Shown here: positions 49,258 to 62,043 of the stretch, piece after piece
Numbering within the stretch: position 1 is the first letter of the stretch
Layout of the letters: each line of letters opens with the position of its first letter
NCBI RefSeq assembly: GCF_026210795.1
Contig: NC_089435.1
Location: 3,596,001-3,660,000, forward strand
DNA length: 64,000 nt
Origin: Rhizophagus irregularis
Taxonomy: Eukaryota
Direction: 5' to 3'
Translations under genes and position numbers: made by a program
Notes under the pieces: model-generated
What the model was told of the DNA's origin: nothing
The model's input: the letters and a program-made list of their open reading frames with translations, nothing else
Database searches by the model: none

Positions 49258-50748
49258 ATGGCACGTAAACTTCCAACTGATTGTTTAAATGAGATTTTTG
49301 AATATTTAGAGGATGATAAATTCACTTTACATTCATGTTTGTTGGTTAATCATCTTTGGTGTGAAATTTCCGTTAGAATTTTGTGGAGGAATATTTTGAA
49401 TTTCAAATTTCATTCGAAACGTTCATTCAAAGTGGAATTTTCAATTCTTAGTACTTTAATTGCTTGTCTTCCCGATGAGTCAAAAAAGCATTTATATGAT
49501 AATAAAGTTTTCATTTCAACCCCTACTTCAAAACCATTGTTATTTAATTATGTATCATTTTGTAAAGCTCTTTCAATCTTTGGGATTAATAGGATGATTG
49601 ATAATTCATTAAGTTCAAAAGATAAAAGTTGTTTAGTTGCGAATGAAATTATCAAAATGTTTGCAAACCAAATTTCTTCTTTGAAAAAATTGACTTATCA
49701 TAATTATTGTTTTGATAGCTATAATAATAACTATTGCATTTCTAACATTACTTTCCCTCATTTTTCTGGAGCGAGAGATCTTTTGGAATTATGCTGTAAT
49801 TCAAATCTTTCTTCTGACTTTTTTTATCAACTTTCTCAAATATGTCGTAATTTACAATCAATTTCCATAGATTTTAATGATAATAGTGTTTCAAATGAAT
49901 TAAAAGAGTTAATTTCTTTGCAGAATAATTTAAAACATTTAACTTTATCAGCTTTTGATGGAAGTTGGGCAGATATTATACCTGCTGTATCAAAACATTC
50001 TCGTACAATAACAAAATTGAACTTTTATGGTAGTAATAGTAATTCAACATTCTCATTTATCAGTTTATTCTCAAATTTACAAGAATTGATAATTTCATTC
50101 TTTGATGCAGTAGATTTTGAAAATTTTAAAAAGTTACAATATGTTAATTTTCCTAAATTACAAATTTTAAAAATTCCTTATGAACGTCCAAAACTTGAGT
50201 ATATAATAAAATTTTTAGAAATTAATGGAAAAACTCTTAAAAAGCTTTATATAGGTGAAAGTGACAAATATTTAGGTTTATCTATTGCTAAATTTTGTCC
50301 AAACCTTAAAAGTCTTTTCATAATACTTAAAAATGATGAGTTAGATATATTAAAAACTGTACTTATCAATTGTCAATACTTAGAAAGTATTAAAATTTGG
50401 TATGGTAAAGATTATTTTATTGATTATTTACCTGAAAAGGAAATATTCGAAACTATTGCAAAATATTCACCAAATAATTTTTGTGAATTAAAAATATTTA
50501 ATTATGCAAATTCAGTTATATCTTCAGATGATTTAGAATCATTTTTTATAAGATGGGAAAAAAGAATACCAAAAAAATTGCTTTCATTAATAATTATTGT
50601 GAATGAAGGAGATAATTACTATGATAATATTAGTTCAAAAATTTTAGAAGTAATAGAAAAATATGAAGACTTGGGTACTGTTAAATTTTTGACTAAAAGT
50701 AATGATAAAGAAATAAAAGAAGAGGAGGAAGACTATTATTATTATTAA
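49258..50748 (+). CDS. F-box / RNI-like LRR protein (496 aa), third paralog
   Basis: LPTDCLNEIFEYL..LHSCLLVNHLWC; colinear with the other two; intact ORF. Confidence 0.92.
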   Translation: MARKLPTDCLNEIFEYLEDDKFTLHSCLLVNHLWCEISVRILWRNILNFKFHSKRSFKVEFSILSTLIACLPDESKKHLYDNKVFISTPTSKPLLFNYVSFCKALSIFGINRMIDNSLSSKDKSCLVANEIIKMFANQISSLKKLTYHNYCFDSYNNNYCISNITFPHFSGARDLLELCCNSNLSSDFFYQLSQICRNLQSISIDFNDNSVSNELKELISLQNNLKHLTLSAFDGSWADIIPAVSKHSRTITKLNFYGSNSNSTFSFISLFSNLQELIISFFDAVDFENFKKLQYVNFPKLQILKIPYERPKLEYIIKFLEINGKTLKKLYIGESDKYLGLSIAKFCPNLKSLFIILKNDELDILKTVLINCQYLESIKIWYGKDYFIDYLPEKEIFETIAKYSPNNFCELKIFNYANSVISSDDLESFFIRWEKRIPKKLLSLIIIVNEGDNYYDNISSKILEVIEKYEDLGTVKFLTKSNDKEIKEEEEDYYYY

Positions 50749-51810
50749 CTTTTTATGAATTTTTGTTGATATTTGTATTTTTTATTATTTTATAAGATTT
50801 TTTATTTCAAAATTATTTATTGAAATGAAATGTTTAGATTAATGTAGATGTGTTTTATCTTTTTTTAATATAAAATGGTACATAAAATTTTTATAATTCT
50901 TACAGTATAAAAAATGGATAGGGGCAGTACGAAAAGTAATTCAAGGGAAGAAGAAAGCAGCCAAAGGTCACGTACAATAGAGCAGATTGATATTAAAAAT
51001 ATGGAATAGAAGTGATTTATGGATTTATGATTATGGAATAATTAAAATAGGTATAAAAATTAAATAATAGAACAATAAATTTAGTATAGTTATTGGCTAG
51101 GTTAAATTTGTAATAAGTGTAAATGACAGCAGGAATTTTTCTGTTCATGTTAAATAAAGTACAAAAAAAAAAATCTGTTTCACTGAATGATTCTCCTGCC
51201 AATAAACAAAAAATTATGACACGTGTCATAACATTCAATCCAATTTTACATGTATATGCTATTATGCTTCAATGCATAAACTAAATCTTTATTAATAACT
51301 AATATTAAATGCGAACATGTTACGTTTAAATATTTATCATGAAACATTCGCAACTCTGTAAAGATTTTGTTATTTCATTAATACACTTAATATGTTAGTA
51401 CACTAAATGCATCATCTATTTTAGATTTTTGCATCATTTCATGACAAAACTTTAACTTTTTTACGCCTAACCGTAAACTGACCTTCATTAATAATATCTA
51501 TATCACGCGAGATACCAATTATAATCCATCTCTCTATATGATAGTAAGGTCAATTATTTTGTCTATCTCTTGCCATATAACTTCACCAGTGTCCTCTTCT
51601 TGCCCTTTATTTACAATTTACATCTTGATATTTTTAATGCCATATGGAAATCTCGCGGCAAAAAAATTCAAAGAATGGAAAGAAACACATAGATCCCAAA
51701 GTTCCTTTTGCTATTATAAACGCCTCCGTAAATTCTCCATAAATCAAAATGCTTTAACCTTCATCACGGGATTATATATATAATGGCGAAAAATTTGGTC
51801 GTAGGTTTGC

Positions 51811-52147
51811 CGGTCTTTGGGAAAATATCAATGATCGCCTGAAATTTTGTAACGCAGCTGGATTGGCAAAGGCCGATAAACAGAAAATTTTGGCCTCTGT
51901 CTACTTTTTCTAAGGCCAGCATAGCTAAAAGACCGAAAAAATGCAGTTTTTAGTCAAATAGGCCTATAAAGTCCTATTTATTTCAAAATTGCTTATTGGA
52001 TTAGTACAAAATCTTGCCACTTTTCGGTCTTTAACCAAGTCTGCTGCGCCACAAAATTTTGAGTGCGCAGTCTTGTTACTTTTCCGAAAAATTTCCAAAG
52101 ACCGGTCAGGACTGGGTAAGACCGAAAAGACCGTTGAGCATCCTTAA
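51811..52147. mobile_element. Degenerate foldback MITE, probably hAT-derived
   Basis: Arms CCGGTCTTTGG / CCAAAGACCGG and AAATTTTGT..GCAGC / GCTGC..ACAAAATTT. The right end GACCGTTGAGCATCCTTA resembles the hAT TIR at 20632-20648; the left TIR is missing. Confidence 0.5.
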
Positions 52148-54020
52148 TATCACTGTAAATAGTGTCATACATATTATATGATTTTATTATTAGATCTAGA
52201 AACTCTCTTACACAAAATATAGAAATCATTTGTTTTTTCTTAAAGTATTAAATTAACTTAATCGCTGTCACAATATTTAATATCTTGAATATACTGTTTT
52301 TAAATAATTCATATAACAATCTGTTTTATCACAGTTGTATTAAAATAAGTAATTGAAGCCAAAAATTTAATGGTTTGGATTGTTTTCAATCAAAAAGGAA
52401 TGAAAATTTATGATTAATTCCTAAAGACTAAGTTCGCTGTCAGCATACGTTGCGATTTTGTATTTAAAAGGGGAAGAAAAAGAATAAGTAAAAGAGATGT
52501 CAAAATCAAGATAAGAAATACATGACCATCGTGGATAAAATTTGAATTAGTCCATTGTATCCATGCGGTATTGTCTGATGCAACTGCTCGGAAGTTCAAA
52601 AATGGCTTTGAGTACCGAGTTGAGCATCTTTAAGTGTGATATGTATGATACTATTTGTAGTGATATATATAAGCAATAATAGCTTAATAATTAAATATGA
52701 ATAATATTAAAATATATTTTTTTACATTAAGTTGCTCTCAAATTCATAAGTGTTCTTTTCGTTAGATAAAAAGCGATTATTTCAGTAGAGAAATTAACTA
52801 AATCGAGATATAAAATAGAGAAAATTTAGAATTTTTTAAATTTTACAATTTGGGATGTTTAATGAAAAAAATCAAAAATTATGTCCTCTTACTCCCCTAA
52901 CAAAATTTACCGCATAAAGACAAGGTACAAATTCTATGATTGGAATGGTTTGAGGACGCATAGATCAAGGAATTAATAACTGTCGTAAAGGAAATATTTT
53001 CATTTTAAAAGACTGTACTATTCTTTTTTATATTATTTAAAAAATATAATAAAAAATAACAAAATTATTCGTTCATTATAACGTTTGTTCATTTCTTGTC
53101 TTCCAAGGTGAAAATATTTCCCCTTTAAGTTTATTACAAAAATTTCATCTCAAAAAAAAAACTATAAACAACAAAAATAATTTGGAAAAAATTCATTATT
53201 TTCCATTATTTCTTTTCTCTAAATAATAACCATGGCAAAAAATGATATCAGCATTTGCGGCTTCATCACCTTTACCAATAAATTAACTTAAATAATACTA
53301 ATGCTTTTTTTCATATCTGGAAAACATTTCATTTCAAAGAGGATATTTAGGAATAGAAATAACAATAATATTTGGTAAACTTCATATAAGATTTCTATAC
53401 GCGATTACTACTAAAAATATCACATTATATGGGGATCAATACATGACTGATAATATAATGCATTATTATTTATCGTTACACATAATTAAACCTTTATTAA
53501 CAAGGACTAAAATTTCTTTATTTTCTTTATTTTCCTTTATTTTCCTTTTTTAGTTTAACCAATTACACATGCAAGACAAAATAAAATTTTTTGTTTTAAA
53601 AAATTCGATTTTTTATTTTCTTTATTTTCCTTTTTAAAAGATAAAAAATACTATTAAACAAGCTTCAACCAATCACCCTTCTAAAGAACAAAGCTCGAAT
53701 AAATTAATTGTTAAATTACGTCTTTATATTAAAGATGAAAGAAAGAAATGTTTGAAAGTTTTTTTCTAATTATTAAAGATAAACTACAAAGAATACCAAA
53801 TTTATTGTTTGTAAAAATTAATTTCGTTTTGTTGATCGTTCAAGGGAACACAGGCCCCATTTAATAATATTGAAAAAAAATCAATATATAAATGGCTTTC
53901 CCACTTGTTCCAATTCAACTAATTCAGAAATCAAATAAAAATTTTTCAAAGAATAATTCTTTTAAATAAGAAATTAAAAATATCTAAACACAAACACAAA
54001 AAGATCTAAACGCTATAAAA

Positions 54021-54302
54021 ATGAATTTGCGTCAAATCTTCTTTGCTCTCTTGATTGTACTTATGGCTACTATCGTAACAGCCTCTCCTTTGAATTTAGA
54101 TCAATTAATTAAGAGGTAAATACAAATACAATATTAATACTTTTTAAAAATCAACGAAAGAAATCTATTAATTTATTAATTTAATCATTAAAGAAAAAAT
54201 GCTCAAAAAGACGAAAGTCCATCGAAAGAAAAAGACGGCAAAGTCAAGGCTATGTTTACATCTCCTGGACATGGCTCGTTTCCTGATGGGGACGGACCGT
54301 AG
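54021..54302 (+). CDS. Small secreted peptide precursor, 67 aa, 2 exons (not in the ORF track)
   Basis: Exon 1 54021-54115, intron 54116-54193 (GT..AG), exon 2 54194-54302 give MNLRQIFFALLIVLMATIVTA-SPLNLDQLIKR-KNAQKDESPSKEKDGKVKAMFTSPGHGSFPDGDGP*. It has a classic signal peptide, an A-rich start context and a KR dibasic site. Confidence 0.8.
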
Positions 54303-54883
54303 TTTATTCATCATCATGTTTTGTATATTAGAAACTTTTTATCAAGCATTATTCATTCTCACTTATTTAGCATTATTCAAAGCATGATAATTTATCGCAT
54401 TATTATAGATTATAGAATATTTTATATAAAAAAAAAAAATTTACATATATTGTTACTAGTCATAAAGTCCTAAATTATTAAATTATTAACCTCATCCTCC
54501 TTCAATTTCAATTTTTTTTCATTTCATTTCTTTTTTCTTTTAGAAATCATAAGTTTTTGAAAAACTTCGATATTGTTTTCTTTATAACTTGTACCAATTT
54601 CTTTTTTAAAAGAATTAAATAGAAATGTGCTTTACAAACTTTTATATTCACAAATAAGTGATCTTTTACCTTTCACAACTGGATAAGGATTTCATCATTT
54701 CGAAATTAAGTAATACCAAATTTAGTATGTAGTTTTGTGTAAATTTTAAATAATTGGACTAATATCTGTTCAGATTAACTCGGAATTACATCGCTAGTAT
54801 CTGTTATATGATTACTTTATACCATGATTAAATATGTTGTGTACGGACACAAAAAAAATTAATCACGTGATTATTAATAATGA

Positions 54884-55057
54884 CATCAATAACAACTCGA
54901 CTTTTAATTTTTTTTCGAAAATTTTATATGCAAAATTATTTTCAATTTTTAAAAAGTTCTACCCGGCATAGTAATAATATAAAAAAATTTTTTTTAAGAC
55001 CTAACAAAAACTGACCCGGCCGGACTATGAAAACCATTTTTACCACTTTGTGTCGCC
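54884..55057. mobile_element. Partial copy of the PIF/Harbinger MITE
   Basis: Near-identical to 28540-28720, ending CTTTGTGTCGCC|TAA. Confidence 0.8.
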
Positions 55058-55119
55058 TAATTACCGTTCTGATTTCTTCATTTATATTTATATTTAAATA
55101 TTACTTACTGTTATTTCAT

Positions 55120-56300
55120 AGCTCAATATCGAGCTCCTTACGAACGACCTCCACCAGGCAGTCCTCTTACCTATGGACAAACCTCGCGGGGCGACTATAC
55201 TTCTGGTAGTACTTCCACACAACGTACAGCTTATATGGCTCCTAGACCACGGCAGGTTATGGTACACCTTTGGTATATCACCAATGGCAAAAATTGACAA
55301 CTCTTTTCATTGGAGGGATATCACCGGGAGTAACTGATGATTGGATGGAAAAAAATCTCAAAGGTAGTGATCAATTATTTAATTTTTTTGGTGGGCAAAT
55401 GAATGCTATATATCGAAGTTGGCGATGATTTTCCAATCGAAGGGATGGGGATTTTAATGTACACTATATTATCAAATTAAGAAAAAACTTTTATATAATT
55501 TTCTTACGACCTAAAACGCATATTATTTTGGATGCTAAAAACTTTTTCCCAGATAGCCTTCGAATTTATCTTAGTCTTGAAAGTTTTAATGCACTTATTG
55601 GGCGCATGAACATCTTCAGGTGTGATTTTATCAAATACTTTAGCTGACAATTTATTTTTGTTTTTTTTTTTATTTGCTTATCTGGCGATTGCAAAGACTT
55701 GTGGTACATTAAAATCTTGGAAACGAGTTAAAGACCAATCCGGAAATCCAAAGGTTTTTGAATTTGCGGAATATGCTGATGTTGATAGACAGTGTACTGC
55801 GTGCTTTGCATGTACTTGGTGGTGAAGGTTCGGGTGATGATAAAAAGTTAATAGTAAGCAATCAACTTCTTGATTACTTTTGATCCTAATTTTTCATCTA
55901 CTAAATACCATTTTATCCACACATATTATAGGTTAGATGAAAATACAAGAAAATGATATATTGCTCAATATGAAGCTTCAAGGCTGGGAACGGTGGTCTG
56001 TATTAAACTATAGAAATAATTTTTTTCTTTTTTTTTAGCTATCATAATTGATGTCAATTATTGTTTTTCAGCATGATACAGAGTTAGATAAAAATGCGTT
56101 GTTGAAGACATGACTAAGTTACAGGATAAAACGATCTGTAAATTTGCAGCATGAAAATAAACTAGCTCATCGAACATCACCAGCTACAGAAATAAAAACA
56201 GAGCATGGAGAAAAGAATGATGACACAGATTTACTGATCTTCCTCTAGATCAAAAGGATCTTCGTTATTTACCGAGAAATAGCATTCTTCCGAGAACGTC
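55120..56300 (+). pseudogene. RBM25/Snu71-like (U1 snRNP-associated RRM protein) pseudogene, intron-retaining
   Basis: Fragments LTTLFIGGISPGVTDDWMEK, TCGTLKSWKRVKDQSGNPKVFEFAEYAD, VLRALHVLGG, LDENTRK and REIAFFRER match the RBM25/Snu71 RRM and following region. It has frameshifts and is truncated before the PWI domain. Confidence 0.75.
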
Positions 56301-56489
56301 TTTGCAGAAATTTTTTAAATTGAAACCAAATCTTGACCAAATCGCATGTTCATATTAAATTTAAAGCAAAGTTATGGCCAAAACTCAGTTTCGACTTAAT
56401 TAAAATTCTTCAAGATGCAGTTACTGCATATTAAGACGATCGATAGTTTATTTTAATCGATCTCATTTCGAAGCCATAAATATATTAAC

Positions 56490-56760
56490 AAAAAATTTTA
56501 AATTTATATTATCTAATTTTAAATTTATATTATCGAAATTTTAAATTTACATTATCAAAATTATAAATTATAGTTAAATTAATATTATCAAAATTTTAAT
56601 AAATTAGTAAATTAGTAGTATCGAAATTAAATAAATTAATATTATGGATATTAACAATTTATTATCAAAATTTTAAAAATTTAATAAATTGATATTATGA
56701 AAATTGTAAAAATTAAATATAATTGTATTAAAGTACTATTTTCGAAACTCTAAATAATTA
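56490..56760. repeat. AT-rich minisatellite (~20-27 bp, TATTATCAAAATTTTAAATT)
   Basis: Directly visible repeated units. Confidence 0.65.
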
Positions 56761-58499
56761 ATATCTAATAATATAATAATACATATTTTGAATGTACATA
56801 TCGTTTCTAAGATCATGACTGTTACAAATGTACACTATTAAGTTAAGTCCAAGCCACACTGGGGTCAATTTGGTTTGACTTGATGCTCCGAAGTCATTCA
56901 GTTCAGTTCGGCTTGAAAAAATAAGCCAATAGGGGTCAATGGGGTAATGGAGTCGATGAAACTAATATTATATTTCGATCTAATTTTTGTAATTTTCATA
57001 AAAGAAATTAAAAACGTAAGTACCATTTCAAAGAATTAATCCCTCTCCAGCTCCCCAGTTGGCTGTGCTCACCTAAAATAAAAGAAAAGATAATAATATC
57101 TTTTCTTTCAATAATAATATTACCTTCCATTCCCTTTACCTAAGGAGCCGGTACCTATAAAATAAGAAAGAAACATTAGTAACATTCTACTAACGTTTCC
57201 TAAATTTCTCTAATTTCAACCAACCCACCTTCCATGTTCAGAAATTGGAACTTCAGACGTCCAAAACTGGTATTCCAATAAATACGCGCCCTAAAAAATA
57301 AAAGAAAAAAAAATGCACACAAATAAATTAATCATTATATTCTCCTACTTCTAAATTCTAACCAACATACTTTTTATGTCTTAAATCCAAAGTTCACAAG
57401 TCCAAAAACTTGGTATTCGTGTCCTAAATAGTAAAGAAAAAGATAGTTAATATTTTTCTGTAAAAATTACAATACTCTCTTCTGACCATTATACTTTCCA
57501 TAGTTCTCTAAATCTAAAAATAAAATGAACACAAGAATAGTTAAAAATAAAACTGAGTATATAGAATATATAGAAAATGTAAAAAACTTGGTCTAAAAAA
57601 AACATTACAAAAAAAAAATCTTTTTTTTTAATGTCTTTTTTAAAAAAAAAATGTATCAGTAATAACTTAGTCTGATCATTGAAGTACACAAAAAAATCCT
57701 GATATCTTTTTTTTTTAATAATAAATTGCCATTGACTCCATCAGTCCAATCAGCCTGCCAGTTCAACTTGGCTTTGTTCAACTTGAGCTTTCAAGTTGAT
57801 GGGATCCGGTTTGGTTCAGCTTGACTTTGGCTTCAAGTTGAGCCACTATTCAAACTAATCAATGATAATAAAAGTAATAAAAGTAAAATATTAATCATTT
57901 CAATGATAAAATATCCCCATACAATCGCAAGTATCTAAATAATTCTCCTACGTCATTTGTATACCAGGAACTGAAAAATAGAAATCATGTCTATACTAGA
58001 AGCTATCATACTGGAGTGAGTGGAGTCTAAGACATCCACAACATATAAGCATCTTGTTGGGAAATAAAAAGAACAGCTAAAAAGGGTTATTCTGTTCATT
58101 ATCTTCTTACTAGTGCTGAATGGGAAGGTGGGATGAAAGCAGTGCGCCAAAGTACTGGTCTATACTGGAGCCCAAGTGTTCAAAATAATTGTTCTAAAGG
58201 GTGAGCCAGTTCTAATACTACATCTATAAAAAATTTTTCAGAAAAATGAATGTATATCTGAGTTGTATCTTCAGATGCATTTCTTTCATTTTCTTCATTT
58301 GATATTTGTAAAGATACCTTTAATTTTGCTATGACGGTGTCTAAAATAAGTATGATGTGGATTAAATGAAGTTAACGATTTTGAAACATTTTAACAAGTA
58401 AAAAAAGTGTGTGAAAAATCAATTTATTTCGTATGATACTTGTAATATTTTAATTAAATCAATTACATAATATCATAATAAAAGAAAATAATTAAACTT

Positions 58500-59005
58500 T
58501 ATTTGACTAATGCTTTTATATTAATTGAAAAAGTATACGAAAATAAGTGCTGTACATTGATTAAACTAGCTTATTATAGTATAAATTAATTAAATAGTCA
58601 GTAGAAATTAACTAACTTTTTATATTAAATTAAAAAAAAGCATACGAAAAAAAATATTGTATATTGAATTAAACTAACTAAATATAGACTAATTTAAATA
58701 AAATACGTACTGACATAATTTGATTAATTTTTATACTAAATTAAAAAAGTATAAAAAGTACTGCGTATTGAATTAAACTAACTAAATATAGTCTAAATTA
58801 ACTAAAAATACATACTGACATAATTAGTTAATTTGTATATGATTAGCGAAAAAAAAAAATACTATTTAAGATCAATTTTTAAGTACATGATTAGCAAAAA
58901 AAATACTATTTTTAAAATTAAAAAAAAGTATGTGATTAGTGAAAAAAAAATACTATTTAAAAAATTAAAAAAAGTACATGATTAGCAAAAAAAAATATTA
59001 TTTAA
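58500..59005. repeat. AT-rich tandem repeats (~100-bp and ~45-bp units)
   Basis: ATTGAATTAAACTAACTAAATATAG occurs about 3 times and T(A/G)TGATTAG(C/T)..AAAAAAATACTATTT about 4 times. Confidence 0.7.
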
Positions 59006-59076
59006 TTTTTAATCAAGAGATATTTGACAAATAAAATAAAATAAATATTTTATTTACATAAATATTCAAATTAAAA

Positions 59077-60110
59077 ATGCCTCAAACTCATGGACGTAGC
59101 AGTACTAGAAAAGATGAATCTTCTCACAAAAAATCCAAAACCAAATGTGGACGTGGACGAAATAATACATCTCAAGATGAACAATTTCAAACTGCTAACT
59201 GTGGACGTGGCTGTGGACATGGACGTTAAAAAAGTGACACATCTCTTACTAAAAAGAATCCACATCTTTTAAATAAAATTTTAGAAGATAGTGATTATGG
59301 TAAAGATTTAATGGAATAATCATTTTCTTGTCCTTTTAATTTGTTATCTCCAAATAAACAATATGTGTACTTCTATTCTTTTAGATGATCTTGATAGTGC
59401 ATCAGTCCACGTCCAGAATCTAGGGCTTTGAATACATCAGCTTCTTTACGTGATATTCATAAAAATATGGATGAATTTGATAGTACATCAGCTTCATATC
59501 CAGAATCTTTACAAGAAATTAATAGGAATACAGATGATCTTGAAAATTCATTGGCTCCTTCATGTCCAAGATTTAGAAATTCAGATCTTTCAACTCCTTT
59601 ACATGAAGTTCCAAGATCTAGGAATTCAGATATATCAACTCATTTATGTGAAGTTCATACTAAAAATACAGACGATCTTGAAAATTCATTGGCTCTTTTA
59701 CATTCAAAATCTAGGAATTCGGATCTCTCAACTCCTTTACGTGAAGTTTCAAGATCTAGGAATTTGGATACATCAACTCCTTTACGTGAAGTTCATAGAA
59801 ATACAGATGAACTTGATAGTGTATCAGCTCATTCGCGTCCAGAATCAAGAGATTTAAATACATCAGCTTCTTTATGTTTGATTAATACATTTGCTTCTCC
59901 TACACTTCCACCATGTTTTAATGACATGGATACGATCTTTCAGCTCACCACTTGGCTATGTGCGAATCCAAATGTTCTTCAATTTGCTAATAATAATGCT
60001 ATATATTCATCAATGCAAACATCTCTCGCAAATGGGCAACAGTTCACACCATCAAATTTAGCAAATCCAACAGCATTACAATTGCAATCACCATTGCAAG
60101 AAGACAAAGT
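59077..60110 (+). pseudogene. Hypothetical Ser-rich repeat protein with a degenerate GRG(R) basic N-terminus; premature stop
   Basis: MPQTHGRSSTRK..CGRGRN..CGRGCGHGR*, intron ~59301-59385, then ORF 59428-60123 with SRNSDLSTPLREV repeats. Confidence 0.5.
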
Positions 60111-60935
60111 AAGAATTCTTTGATAGCATTAAGTAGAGCAAAATCTAAATTAATAGTCATTACAACCAATGAAATGCTTGATCCTGATGACATAGAAATA
60201 TTTGCAAATAAAAAAATAAGTGAAGGATTAGAATTCCTTCATATGGTGAAAAACATGTACAAGATGTACATGATTTACAAGAAAAAGATCCCCGTTGTCG
60301 ACAATAGTAAAAGAAAAAGGTGGAGGAAAGAAATAGCAATAAATATTAAAACATAATTATTTAACGTATACTTTTGTCATAAAACATACTGTATATTAAA
60401 TTTGCATCATATCTTAAAAAATAAAACTATAACAGATAACGTTCACGGTTTTTTAATTTTAAACAAAATTTCATCTTAGTATTATTATCATAATATTTTT
60501 CAATTTTGAAATAAGATTTTCAGAATGATGATATCTGACTACCTGTCAATATTTTTTCGTATTCTGACAATTTATTACAATATTTAAAGGAAGACGTAAA
60601 TAAAGAAAGGGCCTAAGAAGACCTAATAAAGAGAAGACCTAGACAGAGAGAAGATAGATCTAAAAAAGAAAAGAATATTATAAGGTTTAGTAGCGTACAA
60701 CTATATATTAAAGCTTAAATTGTTGATAATTGTCAATATGAACCTATGTATGCATCTATTAGTTACACCTATTTTAAAGAACTTGACAAATTCTTCTAAT
60801 AAAGACTATTTCATTTCGTAGTATGTCCAGTAAAAAATATTACGCAAATTCGCATATCATCTTTGGTGAGATAATCTGAATCGTTAATAAATACTCCACT
60901 GACATTAATCCTTTAGCATTATTTTATAATAAAAA

Positions 60936-62043
60936 CTAGGCGTAACCCGTCGCATTGCGCCGGGGATGATACTTGCTCATCAAGTAAGAGAGTAATAATA
61001 ACACACTTTTATTCCATTTGCCATGCAGTGTAAATAGGTCTAATTTTTACTATTATTATGATGGCATTAGTAGGAAATAAATGTAATAAATTACACAATT
61101 TGCATGATTATACAAATAACTAAGTATATGAAATATTATTATTAAATGAAAATTTTATTTATCACACGAAACAAATTTTGCAGTACTGTGAAAATTTACA
61201 AATTCATTACAAAAACGATTTTGTATAAGTTACAAAAAAAATCATTTTTTTTATCTTAAAAAATTCCATAATGGCATTAAAAAAAATTACATCCTCTAGA
61301 AAAAAAAATATCTCACTAATTAATATGAAAAAAAAATTCTCAGAAAAATTAATTATAATGATCTATTGTTAATGTTAGTTTATTATTGAGTTTGATAAAA
61401 TAAAATAACATTATTATTAATAATAAAAATTGGGAAAAAAGGAAATTGCCGTGGAGCCGCAACATCGATCTGATCACCGATCCAAACCTAAATGGTGAAT
61501 GAATGTATTTGGGAAAAAAAAAATTCGGCTTGAAAGAAAAAAAGCCAAACCGAAAAAGGAAAAGGGGAAAAAATTTTGGATTGGAAAAAAGCAACCGGAA
61601 AAAAACAAAATGAAAAAAAAATTTTGTGAGGAGGAATAAAGAGAAAAATCGGGTTGAAAAAAGAAATTGAAAAGGAAAGAGAAAAAATAAAAAAAATTCG
61701 AAAGAAAAAGAAAAAAAATTGGGGGAAAAGAAAAAGGATAAAGAAATAAATCGGTTTTAAAAAAAAATAAGTACTGAAAAAAATTCTGAAAAAAAGGACA
61801 ATAATTTGGTCCAAAAAGACCGTTAATAATATGGTCTAAAAAAAAGATCGAATTAAAATTTTTAAAAAAAGAAAAAAAAGGGAAAGAAAAAGGTGTTTCG
61901 AAAGAGAAAAGGGGAAATTTGAAAAAAAAAGAACGAACCATTTGGTTAAAAAAATAAATAATTGATTAACCGGAATTGAACTAGATGTACAACATGACTT
62001 GCCGAACAAGCGGACACAAACACCATTTTTTTTAATAGATAGA
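60936..62043 (-). mobile_element. Complete non-autonomous Helitron (1108 bp)
   Basis: On the minus strand the 5' end is A|TCTATCTATTAAAAAAAATGGTGTTTGTGTCC. The 3' hairpin CCCGGCGCAATGCGACGGG is followed by TTACGC-CTAG|T. It sits at an A/T site with no TSD. Confidence 0.85.

Noticed and set aside
54199..54387. 62-aa ORF in the supplied track
   Set aside because: It is an alternative frame of exon 2 of the secreted-peptide gene; the spliced frame has a signal peptide and is more plausible.
61349..61941. Phe-rich membrane-protein-like ORFs
   Set aside because: These are translations of the low-complexity A-tract interior of the Helitron.
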